A DNA stretch of 64,000 bases from Eledone cirrhosa. Taxonomy: Eukaryota. A model generated the notes under the pieces. It made no database searches, was not told the DNA's origin, and saw only the letters and a program-made list of their open reading frames with translations. Below, piece by piece: positions 29,175-45,629 of the stretch. The stretch lies in contig OZ024740.1 of NCBI GenBank assembly GCA_964016885.1, positions 52,328,001 through 52,392,000 of the forward strand, given 5' to 3'. Position 1 is the stretch's first letter; each line of letters opens with the position of its first letter. The translations under genes were made by a program, and so were the position numbers.

Positions 29175-29227
<53 letters not shown>

Positions 29228-29749
29228 CATATATGTATACATATATATATATATATAAATATATATATATACATATATATATATACACATATATATATAC
29301 ATATATATATATATAAATATATATATATAAATATATATATATACATATATATATATACACATATATATATATAATATATATATACATATATATATATACA
29401 TATATATATACATATATATACATATATATATATATACATATATATATACATATATATATATATACATATATATATATACATACATATACATATATATATA
29501 TACATATATATACATATATATATACATATATATACATATACATATATATACATACATATATATATACATATATATACATATATATACATATATATATACA
29601 TATATATACATATATATACATATATATATATATACATATATATACATATATATATACATATATATACATATATATATACATATATATATACATATATATA
29701 TACATATATATATACATATATATATACATATATATATACATATATATAC

Positions 29750-29803
<54 letters not shown>

Positions 29804-29951
29804 ATATATATATATACATATATACATATACATATATATATATACATATATAAATATATATACATATATATATATACATATACATATATATACATATACA
29901 TATAGATATACATATATATATACGTATATATATGTACATATATATATATAC

Positions 29952-29982
<31 letters not shown>

Positions 29983-30250
29983 AGTATGTATACGTACATA
30001 CATATATGTATACAGACGTACAGTAGTATGTATATATATATATATACATACATGCACACATATATAAATGTACGTATGGATTCACCGAATATTTATTATA
30101 ATGCTCGGTGGGTTTGTAAACAAACATCCCGAATTAAGCCGTACAGTGTCTAGGAACCATCGTTGCTCATTTGTTCAACACTGACAAAGGAATGCTGTAC
30201 TAGTTCCAAGCTTATTAGAGTGAGAAATGAAATTTCGTTTCATTTTTTCC

Positions 30251-30291
<41 letters not shown>

Positions 30292-30320
30292 TATACATAC
30301 ATATATATATACATATATAG

Positions 30321-30381
<61 letters not shown>

Positions 30382-31641
30382 CATATACATATATATATAT
30401 ACATATATATATAATATACATATACATATATATATATACATATATATATAATATACATATACATATATATATATACATATATATATAATATACATATACA
30501 TATATATATATACATATATATATAATATACATATACATATATATATACATATATATATATATATACATATTGTTATACTTTGGGAGGGTCATGTTGCCAA
30601 TAAGAAACACACGCAGCAGTTGCTTTCACTTCAATTTATTATATATTTATAAATTTATAAATTTACAAATCTACAAACTTATAAATTTCTGGTTGGTTGG
30701 TTGGTTCCACAACCAGATAGTTGTTTATATATATAGTCATAGTCCTTTCGTCACACACTCTGTGACCTCTTCAGTGACTGGGGATTCCTTTCTTCGTTTC
30801 TGTACCTTTTCTTTCTTCTGTCCTACGCCATTTTGTTTCTCAGAAGAGAAATTAAAAATTAGAATTGAAGCTCTGAAATAGCAATATAAATATGGATGTA
30901 TATATAATGTATTTTGCAATACACTTTATGCTTAATTAAAAGCATTTTGAAGACCGTAAGCTATTGTTTTAAAGTAGTGACAAATTCACTCACTTTGATC
31001 TCAGCAAACAGGGGAGATAAGCCGACAAGACTTGTTTCGCTTTGGTTGAAGCTTATCAAGGCCAACTACCCCACCTGCTGAGATCATTGATGTTATATTC
31101 TTATAGAAATCTAGTAAATAATCAGGAGCTGATTATGCAGAGCGGTTGTTGCAAAATACATTATATATACATCCATATATATATTGCTATTTCAGAGCTC
31201 CAATTCTAATTTTTAATTTCTGCCTGACCAACAACCGCTCTGCATAATCAGCTCCTGATTATTTACTAGATTTCTATAAGAATATAACATCAATGATATC
31301 AGCAAACAGGTGGGGTAGTTGGCCTTGATAAGCTTCAACCAAAGCGAAACAAGTCTTGTCGGCTTATCTCTCCTGTTTGCTGAGATCAAAGTGAGTGAAT
31401 TTGTCACTACCTTAAAACAATAGCTTACGGTCTTCAAAAGGCTTTTAATTAAGCATAAAGTGTATTGCAAAATACATTATATATACATCCTTATATTTAA
31501 ATGTTTTACATATATATACATACATATATACATATATACATATATATATACACATATATATATATACATATATATATATACATATATATACATACATATA
31601 TATACATATATATATATATACATATATATATACATATATAC

Positions 31642-31694
<53 letters not shown>

Positions 31695-31880
31695 CATATA
31701 TGTATACATATATATATATATATAAATATATATATATACATATATATATATACACATATATATATACATATATATATATATATAAATATATATATATAAA
31801 TATATATATATACATATATATATATACACATATATATATATAATATATATATACATATATATATATACATATATATATAC

Positions 31881-31929
<49 letters not shown>

Positions 31930-31948
31930 CATATATATATATACATAC

Positions 31949-31979
<31 letters not shown>

Positions 31980-31986
31980 CATATGT

Positions 31987-32207
31987 GGAGGCGCGTGGCT
32001 GAGTGGTTAGAGAATTCGATTCACAATCGTGAGGTTGTGAGTTCGGTTCCTGAAACGGGCGATGCGTTATGTCCTTGAGCAAGACACTTTATTTCACGTT
32101 GCTCCTTCTACCTGGAGTTACGACCGATAGATAGTATTATCAATTGGAAAGATCAATGGAAACATCGTTTCTTCGGTCCGATTTGACGAAAGTCGATCGA
32201 CTGTCGA
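31987..32207 (+). mobile_element. tRNA-derived CORE-like SINE, family 2
   Basis: A box tggctgagtgg, B-box-like gagttcggttcc, tgtccttgagcaagacactt. Confidence 0.88.
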
Positions 32208-32446
32208 TATATATATACATATATATATTCATATAGATATATATATATATATACATATACATACATACACATATATATATACATATATACACATATATAT
32301 ATATATACATATACACACATATATACATATATATACATATATACATATATATACATATATACACACATATATACATATATATACATATATACACACATAT
32401 ATATATATATATACACACATATACATATATATATATATACATATAT

Positions 32447-32526
<80 letters not shown>

Positions 32527-32608
32527 CCACTCCTTCAACTATTCTTCTAACAACTTCACCCCTCCCTCCTAATATTCTCTATAAAAACTAAATAGGTCCT
32601 CAGTAATA

Positions 32609-32729
32609 TTATTCTGATGAAATGACAGTAAATAATAACATTGAAATATTGAATGTCTGCATAACTAAAACTTTGTAGATAGCAGCTGTGTTCAGGTTAT
32701 GTAACTGTTATAGAAACACGTGTCAATAA
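32609..32729 (+). ncRNA. Hammerhead ribozyme with ~90-nt stem II domain in the pseudo-LTR (second copy 36161-36281)
   Basis: ttatt CUGAUGA a-atgacagt...actgttat-a GAAA cacgtg UC aataa. Confidence 0.72.
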
Positions 32730-32933
32730 ATTCCTTTCAACTAAACTGTATCCATTCAAATCTTTCTATTTTTCTCCGGATTACTTTTGGAACTACAACT
32801 GGAACCATCGAGCAAACTCTAGGTGAGCTGATAATCTACTGTGTGTAATATTTATATTACAACACAACGGAAAATACTGTATATTTACCTCCTGTAAAGT
32901 CGAGCAACCCACACATCAAACGCAACCACAACA

Positions 32934-35231
32934 ATGGAAAAACACTACCTGGATATGTCACTCAAAAACATACCAACCCAAGGTAGAAAGGAATATTTAT
33001 TGAGTATGATTCAAAAAACTAATGAATTCATTCGACGTGTCAGGTGGAAAACGCTCCACTATGATAGAAGCCGTATGAACTCAACATTAGAAAGTGGTGT
33101 AAACAACAAATTCGGTTTTAGGACTTGTAAAAACCCACCCACCAACCCACTATTAGATGCATTTGAGCAGGACCTTATGAACTTAATCCTTAAAATTAAA
33201 TTCAAAGGACGCAACACCAACAGCAAATTACAGAAAGATATAAAAAAACTACTGGACGACCTTAAAAACACCAAAGGAATTGTAGTAAAAGCGGACAAAA
33301 CATCAAACCTGTACACTATGGATTGCACTACATACAACAACTTCATTCGAAAAGAATTACATAAAAAATATAGAAAAACGAGTGAAGTAACCCTTAAGCA
33401 CATCAATGATGAGGCATGCGAAATAGTGAAAAATCTCGGAATCGAAGATAGCACAGGACCACTCTTACCGGCGGTACCCACCTTCAATCTTAAGGACCAC
33501 AAGGTAAACTTTGATAATGACCCTAAAATTAGATTAATCTGCCCCTCTAAATCAGATATAGGTAAAATAAGCAAATATATCTTAGATAGAATCATCCCCC
33601 AAATTAAGGCTAAGGTTAACATTAAACTCTGGGGGAAGACCCAAGAAGCAATAAGATGGTTTAATAGCATTAGCAATAAGAATAAATCTAAGTTTATCCA
33701 GTTTGATATCGATGAATATTACTCATCGATATCACCTGAAACTTTGAATAGAGCCATTAAGTTTGCTAAGGATAACTCTGACCTTACAAACGATGAAATT
33801 AAGATTATATTAGAAGCTAGGAAAACTATAGTCAAATTTGAGAACAGTTATTGGGTACGTAAAGATAGACCCTCTAACTTTGACATAACAATGGGCTCTA
33901 ACAATTCGGCGGAAATAACTGATATTGTGGGGTTATTTATCGCCTTTAGACTCCAGGAAAAATTCAGCAATCTCCACGGCGGAATATACCGCGACGATGT
34001 TCTCCTCCTAGCTAAAAACCTTAATAACCAAAAACTAGAAAAACTACGCAAAGATATAAGAAAACTACTACTCGAAATAGGACTAACTATAACATATGAA
34101 TACAACCTTAAAGTAGTTAACTTCCTGGATGTCACACTCAATTTAAACTCTGGTTTGATTAAACCGTTTCATAAATTGAATGAAAATCTCAAATACGTAA
34201 ATGTTGGGTCTAACCACCCCATCTCTATAATTAAATCTATCCCTAAAAATATTTCCCTTAGAATCTCGGGTCTATCTTCTAACATACAAGTATTTAAGGA
34301 ACACGCCGAGTACTATGATAACGCCCTTAGTAAAGCAGGCTACCTCAACAAAATAGAGTACATAGATGGGAACAATCAAAACACCCAAAATAAATCCCAC
34401 ATAGGTAGATATAATAACACAACACCAAACCACACTTACTACCATAGTATGCACACCAGTAAACCAACAAACAAAACTAATAGAAAGCGATGCAAAGAGT
34501 ACTTATGGTATAACCCCGAATACAATAGTTCCATTAGTACAAATTTACCAGTACTCTTCTTTAAAATAATTAAAAGACATTTTCCCACATCACACAAATA
34601 CCACAAAATCCTAAACCCTACCACTATAAGACTGTCATACTCTACAGCGTTAAACCTTGAACAACACATAAAAAAGATCAGTACTAGAAGGTTAAACGAA
34701 AACACTAAGAACTTAAGTACAAAGAACACAAAAAAAACAGTAGACAATACACTACAGAACATAAATAAACCACACCTAAGTTCGTCCGCAATACTACTCC
34801 AGAGAAAACCCAACGTACACAACTGCCCCCTCGGCAATAACTGCCTGGAAAAAAATATTATTTATAAGTGTACCATTAAATCCGGAGGCAACGAGTGGTA
34901 TTACGTGGGATCAACGGCAACATCGTTTAAATCTCGATTGTATAGGCATTCTTACTCAATAAAACACCAGAGCCAAAGAAATGTAACAACTTTAGCAGAA
35001 AAAGCTTGGACGCTCAGGGATAGCGATCAAAAGTTTACCCTAAAATGGGAGAAATTAGCTAAAACCCAAAGCTTTTCCAGGAGCCAAAATTTCTGCAAAT
35101 TGTGTAATCTTGAGATTTATTACATAATCACACACAAGAAGAAACTGCTGAATAACAGAATTGAACGAACATTATTCTGCCGTCACAGAACTAAAACCCT
35201 TTTTTCCCACTACAAGCCGAATATTACATAA
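32934..35231 (+). CDS. Penelope-like RT plus C-terminal GIY-YIG endonuclease, 765 aa, uninterrupted
   Basis: KADKT, KDHK, RLICPSKSDIG, FIQFDI..YYSSI, FDITMGS, IYRDD, VNFLDVTL; CPL..CL, IIY..YYVGST..R..H, CKLC..E, CRH. Confidence 0.95.
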   Translation: MEKHYLDMSLKNIPTQGRKEYLLSMIQKTNEFIRRVRWKTLHYDRSRMNSTLESGVNNKFGFRTCKNPPTNPLLDAFEQDLMNLILKIKFKGRNTNSKLQKDIKKLLDDLKNTKGIVVKADKTSNLYTMDCTTYNNFIRKELHKKYRKTSEVTLKHINDEACEIVKNLGIEDSTGPLLPAVPTFNLKDHKVNFDNDPKIRLICPSKSDIGKISKYILDRIIPQIKAKVNIKLWGKTQEAIRWFNSISNKNKSKFIQFDIDEYYSSISPETLNRAIKFAKDNSDLTNDEIKIILEARKTIVKFENSYWVRKDRPSNFDITMGSNNSAEITDIVGLFIAFRLQEKFSNLHGGIYRDDVLLLAKNLNNQKLEKLRKDIRKLLLEIGLTITYEYNLKVVNFLDVTLNLNSGLIKPFHKLNENLKYVNVGSNHPISIIKSIPKNISLRISGLSSNIQVFKEHAEYYDNALSKAGYLNKIEYIDGNNQNTQNKSHIGRYNNTTPNHTYYHSMHTSKPTNKTNRKRCKEYLWYNPEYNSSISTNLPVLFFKIIKRHFPTSHKYHKILNPTTIRLSYSTALNLEQHIKKISTRRLNENTKNLSTKNTKKTVDNTLQNINKPHLSSSAILLQRKPNVHNCPLGNNCLEKNIIYKCTIKSGGNEWYYVGSTATSFKSRLYRHSYSIKHQSQRNVTTLAEKAWTLRDSDQKFTLKWEKLAKTQSFSRSQNFCKLCNLEIYYIITHKKKLLNNRIERTLFCRHRTKTLFSHYKPNIT

Positions 35232-35498
35232 AAGAGGGACATCCCCCAACTATATAAACCTTAATCTAGTTAGAAAAATATAAAAACAATCTATTCTCAA
35301 CATATATTAATAACCTTAAATTACCACACTAATAATGGAAAGATATGCTGATGAGAATAGGTGCAAATATGCGATAATGAATGTGTCTAAAAACGTCCAT
35401 AAGTATGTATATATATGTGAAAATGTATATAAATAAGTAAATATATATATATGTTTGATGTGTATAGTTAGATGTAAGTGTATTCATGTATTAAAGTG

Positions 35499-35609
<111 letters not shown>

Positions 35610-36357
35610 GTGCATATAGATGTGTATGTATGTGTATGTGTGTACACATGGACTAGAGTATGTATGTATATATGTGTGTGTCTATACGTGTGTATATAAA
35701 GATAAGTTGAGTATGAAAATGTATACACATGAGCGCGTATGTATGTACATGAATACATGTGTGTATATATATGTGTATGCATGGGTATATGTATGTAAGT
35801 ATGAATATGTGAATTGTGAGTATATGTATTTTGTAGAGGTGTGCAAATATATTTGTGTGTGAATGCGTGGGTGAAAGGATACGTACACTTCAAAGAAAAA
35901 TTTAAGTCTGAATGTTAATTAAGTGCAAACACAAAACCAACCGCGCATATCTTTAGTATTTCTAATCCTTCTATAGATTTAGAAAAATAACCAATAATAT
36001 ATTCTATAAAAATGTCAAAACAACAGATGGGAATCTAATTACTCACTGCCACCAAGAATTCTCACTGCTATCGAAAAAGCACTCCTTCAACTATTTTTCT
36101 AACAACTTCACCCCTCCCTCCTAATATTCTCTATAAAAACTAAATAGGTCCTCAGTAATATTATTCTGATGAAATGACAGTAAATAATAACATTGAAATA
36201 TTGAATGTCTGCATAACTAAAACTTTGTAGATAGCAGCTGTTTTCAGGTTATGTAACTGTTATAGAAACACGTGTCAATAAATTCCCTTCAACTAAACTG
36301 TATCCATTCAAATCTTTCTATATATATATACATATATATACACATATATATATATAT

Positions 36358-36445
<88 letters not shown>

Positions 36446-36515
36446 ACATATATATATACATATATATACATATATATATACATATATATACATATATATA
36501 TAAATATATATATAC

Positions 36516-36546
<31 letters not shown>

Positions 36547-36641
36547 CATATATATACATACACATACATATATATATATATACATATATATACACACAGA
36601 TACATATACACATACACATATATACATATACATATATATAC

Positions 36642-36672
<31 letters not shown>

Positions 36673-37157
36673 CATATATACATATATATATACATATATA
36701 TATATATACACATATATATATATATATACATATATATACATATATATATATACATATATACATATATATATACATATATATATATATACATATATATATA
36801 CATATATATACATATATATACATATATATATACATATATATACATATATATACATATATATATACATATATATACATATATATATACATATATATACATA
36901 TATATATACATATATATACATATATATATACATATATATACATATATATACATATATATATATATACATATATATATACATATATATACATATATATATA
37001 CATATATATACATATATATATACATATATATACATATATATATACATATATATATACATATATATATACATATATATACACATATATACATATATATATA
37101 CATATATATATACATATATATACATATATATATACATATATATACATATATATATAC

Positions 37158-37196
<39 letters not shown>

Positions 37197-37197
37197 C

Positions 37198-37822
37198 ATT
37201 TTTTACATTGTGTTTTCCCTTCCAAATATTCGCTTATATTTCTTTTTATATTCTCTATATATTTTTTTATCTTTATTATTTTTTTATTTTTTTATCTTTA
37301 TTATTTCCACTTTTATCCTCCTTTATATTTTACCTTATTCTTACTTTTATACCTTATTATAGTGTAATCTTCCCCATGCCTTATTATACACTATTAATTA
37401 TAGATTATTATTATTACTCTTTTTCCATTTCTAATTACCTCATGTACTTTCTCCTCCGCTATATATATATATATATTGTATGCCCTTTGTGTTTGTGTAG
37501 CCTCTGCGCACCCTCTGCACCATACTATCGACGCCACCCCATCTATGGTTCAGCTAACCACCCGACTCCCGGGAATGAATATGACCGCAGCTAGTAAACA
37601 AGGACCCACACCCCACCCTCCCGCACCAAAATTAGAGTTATCGTCCCCTAATTTTGCTCTTTACGCTCTTTACTCTTTGTTCTTGAATGTTTGGTTGGTA
37701 GAGTCCATAACACCAATCAAACACCTTTTATAGCTCTGACATATCCTACGGTTACGTAAGGAAGAGACATTGTAAGCCAATAAAAATCGTTTGATGTTGT
37801 AGACGCTCTTGTGTTCTTTTTC
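37198..37822 (+). mobile_element. Non-coding PLE 3' UTR/pseudo-LTR-like insert with a degenerate hammerhead
   Basis: Hairpins at 37627-37657 and 37688-37723; gct-CTGACATA-tcct..agga-aGAGA-cattg-TA-agc then AATAAA. Confidence 0.5.
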
Positions 37823-37882
37823 ATATATACATATATATACATATATATATATATACATATATATCTATATACATATATATAT

Positions 37883-37977
<95 letters not shown>

Positions 37978-38150
37978 CATATATATATACATATATATAT
38001 ATACATATACATATATACATATACATATATATATACATATATATATACATATATATATATATACATATATATATATACATATATATATATACATATACAT
38101 ATATATACATATACATATATATATACATATATATATACATATATATATAC

Positions 38151-38208
<58 letters not shown>

Positions 38209-38211
<3 letters not shown>

Positions 38212-40309
38212 TATGTATACGTACATACATATATGTATACAGACGTACAGTAGTATGTATATATATATATATACATACATGCACATATATATAAATGTAC
38301 GTATGGATTCACCGAACATTTATTATAATGCTCGGTGGGTTTGTAAACAAACATCCCGAATTAAGCCGTACAGTGTCTAGCAACCATCGTTGCTCATTTG
38401 TTCAACACTGACAAAGAAACGCTGTACTAGTTTCAAGCTTATTATCTATCGTCAGGAACGTATACCTTCCTACCAGATGGTTGAACGTCTGAAAGTATAT
38501 ACTTTCCTTATGCATATTAACGGCTGAGCAGCCTAATTTGCATATCGAGTGAGTTAATCGACCGGGGTACTGAAAACGTTAAACGGAAAAAATGAAACGA
38601 AATTTTATTTCTCACTCTTAGTACGGCTGTTACTTAAATATAAGTATGTATACGTACATACATATATTTTACTCTTTTACTCTTTTGCCTGTTTCAGCCA
38701 TCCGGCTGAGGCCATGCTGGGGCACCGCCCTTGTTGCTACACATTTTATCTCCAGCCTGTATAGGTTGGCCACTGGTGTAAGAGGGAGTTTGTTGCTGCT
38801 GCCCTTAGGTTTCCCTCGTGTCTTGCTGTGGGCTCATCCGGGATCCTGGATAACAAGGTGTCGAGATGTTTCTTAAAGAAATCCACCTCCACGTCATGCA
38901 AGTCTCTCAGATGCCTCGACAGCCTGTTGAAGAGTTGAGGGCCCTTGAATCCCAGGCTATTGCAATACCTGCTCCTTATTCTAGATGTGGAAGACGGGAC
39001 CTTTGGCACCACACAGTGACGTCCTGTTCGACGGTTGGTCCAGCTCCCAATGCCAAAGTTTGGTGCTAGTCCCTCCAGGATTTTCCACATGTAGATCACT
39101 GCGTATCTCTCCCGTCTTCGCTCCAAGGAGTAGAGGTTCAGTTCCTTTAGCCTCTCCCAGTAGCTTGTCTCCCTCATCTTGGCAATCCTTTTGGTGTAGC
39201 TTCGCTGGATTGCCTCAATCAAGCTCCGTGGTTAGTTTGACACTATGGGGTGACCACAACTGGGAGCATTAGTCCAGGCGGCTTAGGACAAAAGTCCTCC
39301 ACAGTGTCAACATGGTGTCTCGATCTCTTGTCCGGAAAGTCCTCAAGATCCAGCCAGCGAGTCGTCTGCACATTGTCGCCCCTTTCATGATGTGTGAAGA
39401 AAAAGATGCATCATTGCTCATGTCTATGCCCAGGTCTCGTATCGATTTTCACACGGGGATATCGGTCCCTCCTGGTCCTGTGTAGCTGTGTTCCACTATA
39501 TTTGTGTTTGCAGGTTTGTATTGTAGGGCTTGGAATTTGCCAGCATTAAACTGCATGTTGTTTTCTTCTGCCCATCTGTATATGGCATCCAGATCCTGCT
39601 GTAAAAGGGCAGCGTCAGCCGGGTTTTTGATTGCCTGTGCTACCTTAGTGTCATCAGCATAGCTAGTGAGGGATGTTGTTGCATGCACCACAGAGGGCAT
39701 GTACGAGAGAGCCACCAAAAACAGTAGTGGTCCCAGGACTGTCCCCTGGGGCACCCCACTTGTTATCGGTGTTTCCCTCGAGAGGGCCCCATTTGCTGCG
39801 ACTGCCTGGCTTCTGTCCCTTAGGAAGCCATGCAGCCACTCACCTACTTTTCCAGTTATGCCGAGTCCGTGTAGTTTGTGACATATCATTCCGTGGTCGA
39901 CCTTGTCAAAGGCCTTTGCAAAGTCAAGATATATCACGTCCACATGTGAGCTGTCTAGTAGTTGTCTCAGTACCCAGTCGTAGTGATGTAGCAGCTGTGT
40001 AAGGCAGCTTCTTCCTGGGCGGAAGCCATGTTGCGTGCTAGTCAGGCGGTCATTTTCTTCGAGGAAAGTGATTAGTTTCTTTCTGACGACTCGCTCCATG
40101 ACCATACTGATATGCGACATCAGGGAGACTGGCCTATAGTTCTTGGCCTCCGCTCTACTACGTCCTTTATGGATAGGGCATATTGTGCCTTCTTTCAGCT
40201 ACCTGCGTAGTACACCACTAGCCAAGGAGCTTCTGAAGAGCATCGTCAGTGGAGTTGCTAAGGCCCGCTTACATATTTTAAGAGAACTGTGTATACAGAC
40301 GTACAGTAG

Positions 40310-40360
<51 letters not shown>

Positions 40361-40562
40361 GCACACATATATTTATGTACGTATGGATTCACCTAACATT
40401 TATTATAATGCTCGGTGTGTTTGAAATCAAACATCCCGAATTAACCCGTACAGTGTCTAGCAACCATCGTTGCTCATTTGTTCAGCACTGACAAAGGAAC
40501 GCTGTACTAGTTTCAAGCTTATTAGAGTGAGAAATGAAATTTCCTTTCATTTTTCCCGTTTA
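38209..40562 (-). mobile_element. Retrozyme-like family E tandem array (433-nt unit) interrupted by a CR1 LINE; hammerhead at 38420-38460
   Basis: Unit restarts at 38642, breaks at 38667 and resumes in register at 40290. Confidence 0.82.
38668..40289 (-). mobile_element. 5'-truncated CR1-group LINE (RT domain and 3' end)
   Basis: NYRPVSL, QHGFRPGRSC, YLDFAKAFDKVDH, SGVPQGTVLGP, YADDTK, SLERRRERY; (AGTAAAAG) tail; same tail fragment at ~8092-8147. Confidence 0.92.
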
Positions 40563-41479
<917 letters not shown>

Positions 41480-41480
41480 C

Positions 41481-41574
<94 letters not shown>

Positions 41575-41606
41575 GTGAGGTTTTTTTACAAAATGAAAAA
41601 TAGCCG

Positions 41607-41849
<243 letters not shown>

Positions 41850-43322
41850 CAATATTAAATAAATGGAAACTATATTTATAAAACCATATTTATTTCATTA
41901 TATATATTTCAGGGATATCATATTAACAATATGCTATGCCTTCCTCAGACAAAATACAATATAAACAGTTTTATAGATAAATAGATTCGACATACCGTAA
42001 CAACATCGACTTGTATTTGAAAAGGTTGATTTGGCAGTGAAAAAATTGTACACAGAGAGAAAGAAAGAGAGAAAAAAGAAAGAAAGACAGAAAACGAAGA
42101 AAAGGAAGAAAAAGAAGAAATGCATGGAACAAAATAGAGAGATGGAAAGATAGATAAAGAGAAGAACTTCATGTAAAGAAACAGAAAGAGTTATATATAT
42201 AGAGAGAGAGAGAGCAAATAGAGATAGATACATATATATAGAAAATTAGGTAGTGGGACGTCTGTTGAGTAAACGTATCAATGATACATTTATTTATTTA
42301 TTTATTTATTTAGCTCTAGTATTAATGTAAGGGAGATATATATAGAGAGAAAAAATATAGAGAGAGAAAAAATATAGAGAGAGAAAATTTAAAAATAACC
42401 AGATATAGGCGAGGCGTAAAATCCCTATGTTTTAATGTAGAGGTATTAGTATTTATAAAAACCAGCCACTATATTGTAAATATCAGTATTCCTGAATGAG
42501 ACAAGTATCCATAATGTGTGAAAATTAATGATCTTATGTTTAGTTTTTAAAAAAAAATTCATATGTTTATGTGATAGCTACAAACATCCATGTGAATCTA
42601 CATGATCAACTCTGCAAACCCTAAATTCACGGAAAACATTCTCAATGTGGTATAAAAATTTAAGTATACATATATGTGTATTACTATTCCTGTCTTTACT
42701 CTACAAGATTATCTATCAAGCAGAAATAGAGAGCAGATTTCAATATACTAATAAAAATAAAAACAGATTTCAATATACTAATAAAAATATATATCAGAAG
42801 CAAAACTAAAAAATAACAATAATAATAATAAGTAATAATAAAATAGAAAACTAAAAATATTATGAAAGAATATTACATATTAAAAATATTACATATTAAA
42901 AAATTTACATATTAAAAATATTAAAAATAAAAATATTAGAAAATACTACAATAATAAAAATAAAAATAAACCACAAAGATCAACCCTTCAAAATTAATTG
43001 ACAATATATTGCCAAGTTCATTATAAGCATCAGAGTCGAAAAACAGATAAAGCCAAAAATTATCTATCAAATCACATCTAGCAAAGATCATTTCAAAAAG
43101 TTTAGGATGCCCAATTTGGTCTACATGTGTTCTTATATTTAATATAGAAGTTTATCTAGTGTAACGTTTATTCGAAATATTTGGAGCATCAGCTTTTAGG
43201 GTAGCTTAATTTTTCATGAGGAATGTTTAAATAAAAATAAAATAAAAAGAAAAAGAATAAAAAGAAGGAATCAAAGATTTATCGGCTAGTTTCCCATATA
43301 ATTATAAATCAAACTAAATATA

Positions 43323-45410
43323 CTACATTTTAAATTTAAATTTATATTTAAACGTTGAGTTTAATCTATGTTTGCAACAACTGAATAAATTTGTCCGTAG
43401 ATTAAGGGAATTTTTAGATTTTAGTATAAAGAATATCTCCTCTGCGCAGAGGTCACATGTCTCAGAGGATGAATTAAAAGGAATCCCTCTTGAGACTATA
43501 TTCCAAGCCGTCGAATATCTAACGTTATCTAGCTTAAGTTGCCAGAGTACGCCTGATAGTGCCGTTGAAGATTTTTTGCTTGGATCTGTGAAAGAATTCT
43601 TGTGGTTATTATAGCGAAGTTTAAATTCCGTCGATGTGGAACCGACGTAGTTAAAAGAATTAGAGTCAGTATTAACATTACAATTGTATACTATATTTTT
43701 AACTAAGCAGTTGTTATTTAACGGAAATTTAGATCTATCTCTACAGTTACATTTGTTAACTTGTATATTATTTATGCTATTATCACTAGGTTTTAAGTTC
43801 CTATTATTTATTCTATTAATATTTTGTGCTAAATTTTTGGTGGATGAGTAGGTTAATTTTATTGTATGTCTATTGAAAATTGAGTGATACCTATGTGTTC
43901 TAGGGAAGCGATTATCAAGAGCTTTGAAAAATAGTTTAGCGATGTGGGTTTTAATGTTTAGTGAGAAGGGGGGGCAAACCAAATTATGTTCCTAGTTCTA
44001 TTTCTTTTTTGGCCTTTGGAATTATTGTAATGCTTTCTATTATAGTTGTTAAGGTTGTTGCCGTAATTAAAAAAGTTGTTACTTTGTTTAGTTTGTCTAT
44101 CATTATCTATGTACACAATCTTATCAGCATATCCTGCTCTAGCTAATGCTTCATTATAGTATTGGACTTTTTCGTCGAAAATCTTTCTATTCGACGAGAT
44201 CCTAGAGATACGTTTTTGAACAGAGTTTACTATAGTGTTTTTGACAGATCTGGGGTGGTTAGAGTTAAAGTTGACATAGTTTAAGTTTTCATTCAACTTG
44301 TGAAAAGGATAGTGAAGACATGTGTTGAGATTTAATGTTATATCTAGGAAATTGACTATTCTATGGTTGTTCTCAATTTCTATTTTAAGATTAAAGTAAT
44401 TAAAAAATTGTGTAATTTGTTTACATTTTCTATTTAGTTCAGAGTTATTATTATCAATAAGTAAAAGCATGTCATCTCTATATAAACCTCCGGTAGTACC
44501 AGGTATTTTCCTATGTAGCGAATTGATTAAAAATAAGCCCACAAGGTCAGTTACCTGAGCTGAGTCGGATGATCCCATAGTTATGTCAAAATTGCTATCT
44601 CTATCTGCTCTGGTCCATAGTTGGTCATTAAATTCTATCAAAGTTTTCCTAGCCGATAATATAATATGCATTTCATTGCTAGTTAGGTCAGTATGTTTGA
44701 ATGCGTAATTTAGTGCCTTATTTAGTAGATTAGGGGTAATAGAAGAATAATAGTTAGCTATATCAAGTTGAATAAACTTATTATTATTGTTATATTTAAT
44801 TTGCTTAAACCACTCAACAATCTCTCCAGTTCCCTTCCACAAGCTCAGGTTAGATAAACAATCCAAGTTCTTAATTTGCTGTATCACCCTGTCAAGAATG
44901 TTTTTGCTTAATTTGCCCAGGTCCGATTTTGATGGTGCGATCAATCTAACTGGCAGGTCATTTTCAAAATTCCTCTTGTGATCTTTCATATTGATCTTCG
45001 GTTTCCTGGGCACGAAAGGTTGTGTTCTGTTCTCAATTTCCAACTCGTACATTATACAAGATGCTTCGACATTCATTTTCTCAAGTTCGGCCTTATCTGC
45101 TACCTTGTACTTTTTCCTCAGCTCTTTCAGTATGAGGCCATTATACATGTCTTTCTGCACTCCATAGAGGTTGTTGGTCTTGTCAGATTTCACCAAGATC
45201 TTCTCAGTTTTCTCTAAGCTCTCAATGTTATCCTTAATGCCTTTCAGATATTCCTGGCCTTTGAAGTTTCTCTTGAATTTGAACCCTTGTATGATAGAAA
45301 TTATATCGTTTTCAAAGTCAGATAAAAGTTTGTTAGGGGGTGGATTTCTTTTAGATTTGAAAACTTTGTTTAAGTCCGAGACATTTTCGTTTGTATTAGA
45401 TTTATCTTTT
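43323..45410 (-). pseudogene. Penelope-like RT/GIY-YIG, N-terminally truncated, one frameshift in a G homopolymer (~43970)
   Basis: KSDKT, FIQLDI, FDITMGS, GLYRDD, VNFLDITL; CNC, IVY..YVGST..RYNNH, CDLC..E, CKH. Confidence 0.92.
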
Positions 45411-45563
45411 TCTTCTTTTTCTTCGTTTTCTGTCTTTCTTTCTTTTTTCTCTCTTTCTTTCTCTCTGTGTACAATTTTTTCACTGCCAAATCAACCTTTT
45501 CAAATACAAGTCGATGTTGTTACGGTATGTCGAATCTATTTATCTATAAAACTGTTTATATTG

Positions 45564-45629
45564 TATTTTGTCTGAGGAAGGCATAGCATATTGTTAATAT
45601 GATATCCCTGAAATATATATAATGAAATA
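45564..45629 (+). ncRNA. Hammerhead ribozyme in the pseudo-LTR (mirror copy 41891-41956, minus)
   Basis: tattttgt CUGAGGA agg..catatt/aatatg..cct GAAA tatata UA atgaaata. Confidence 0.78.

Larger units (their letters stand above)
27563..31505. repeat. Tandem segmental duplication, period ~2.45 kb
   Basis: 27563~29982, 28118~30569, 28870~31321; few substitutions. Confidence 0.9.

Noticed and set aside
31987-32062. tRNA genes
   Set aside because: tRNA-like heads continue into SINE bodies and have imperfect cloverleaves
42935-43220. Second ORF in the 3' UTR of the minus-strand Penelope element
   Set aside because: Short, interrupted, no recognisable motif
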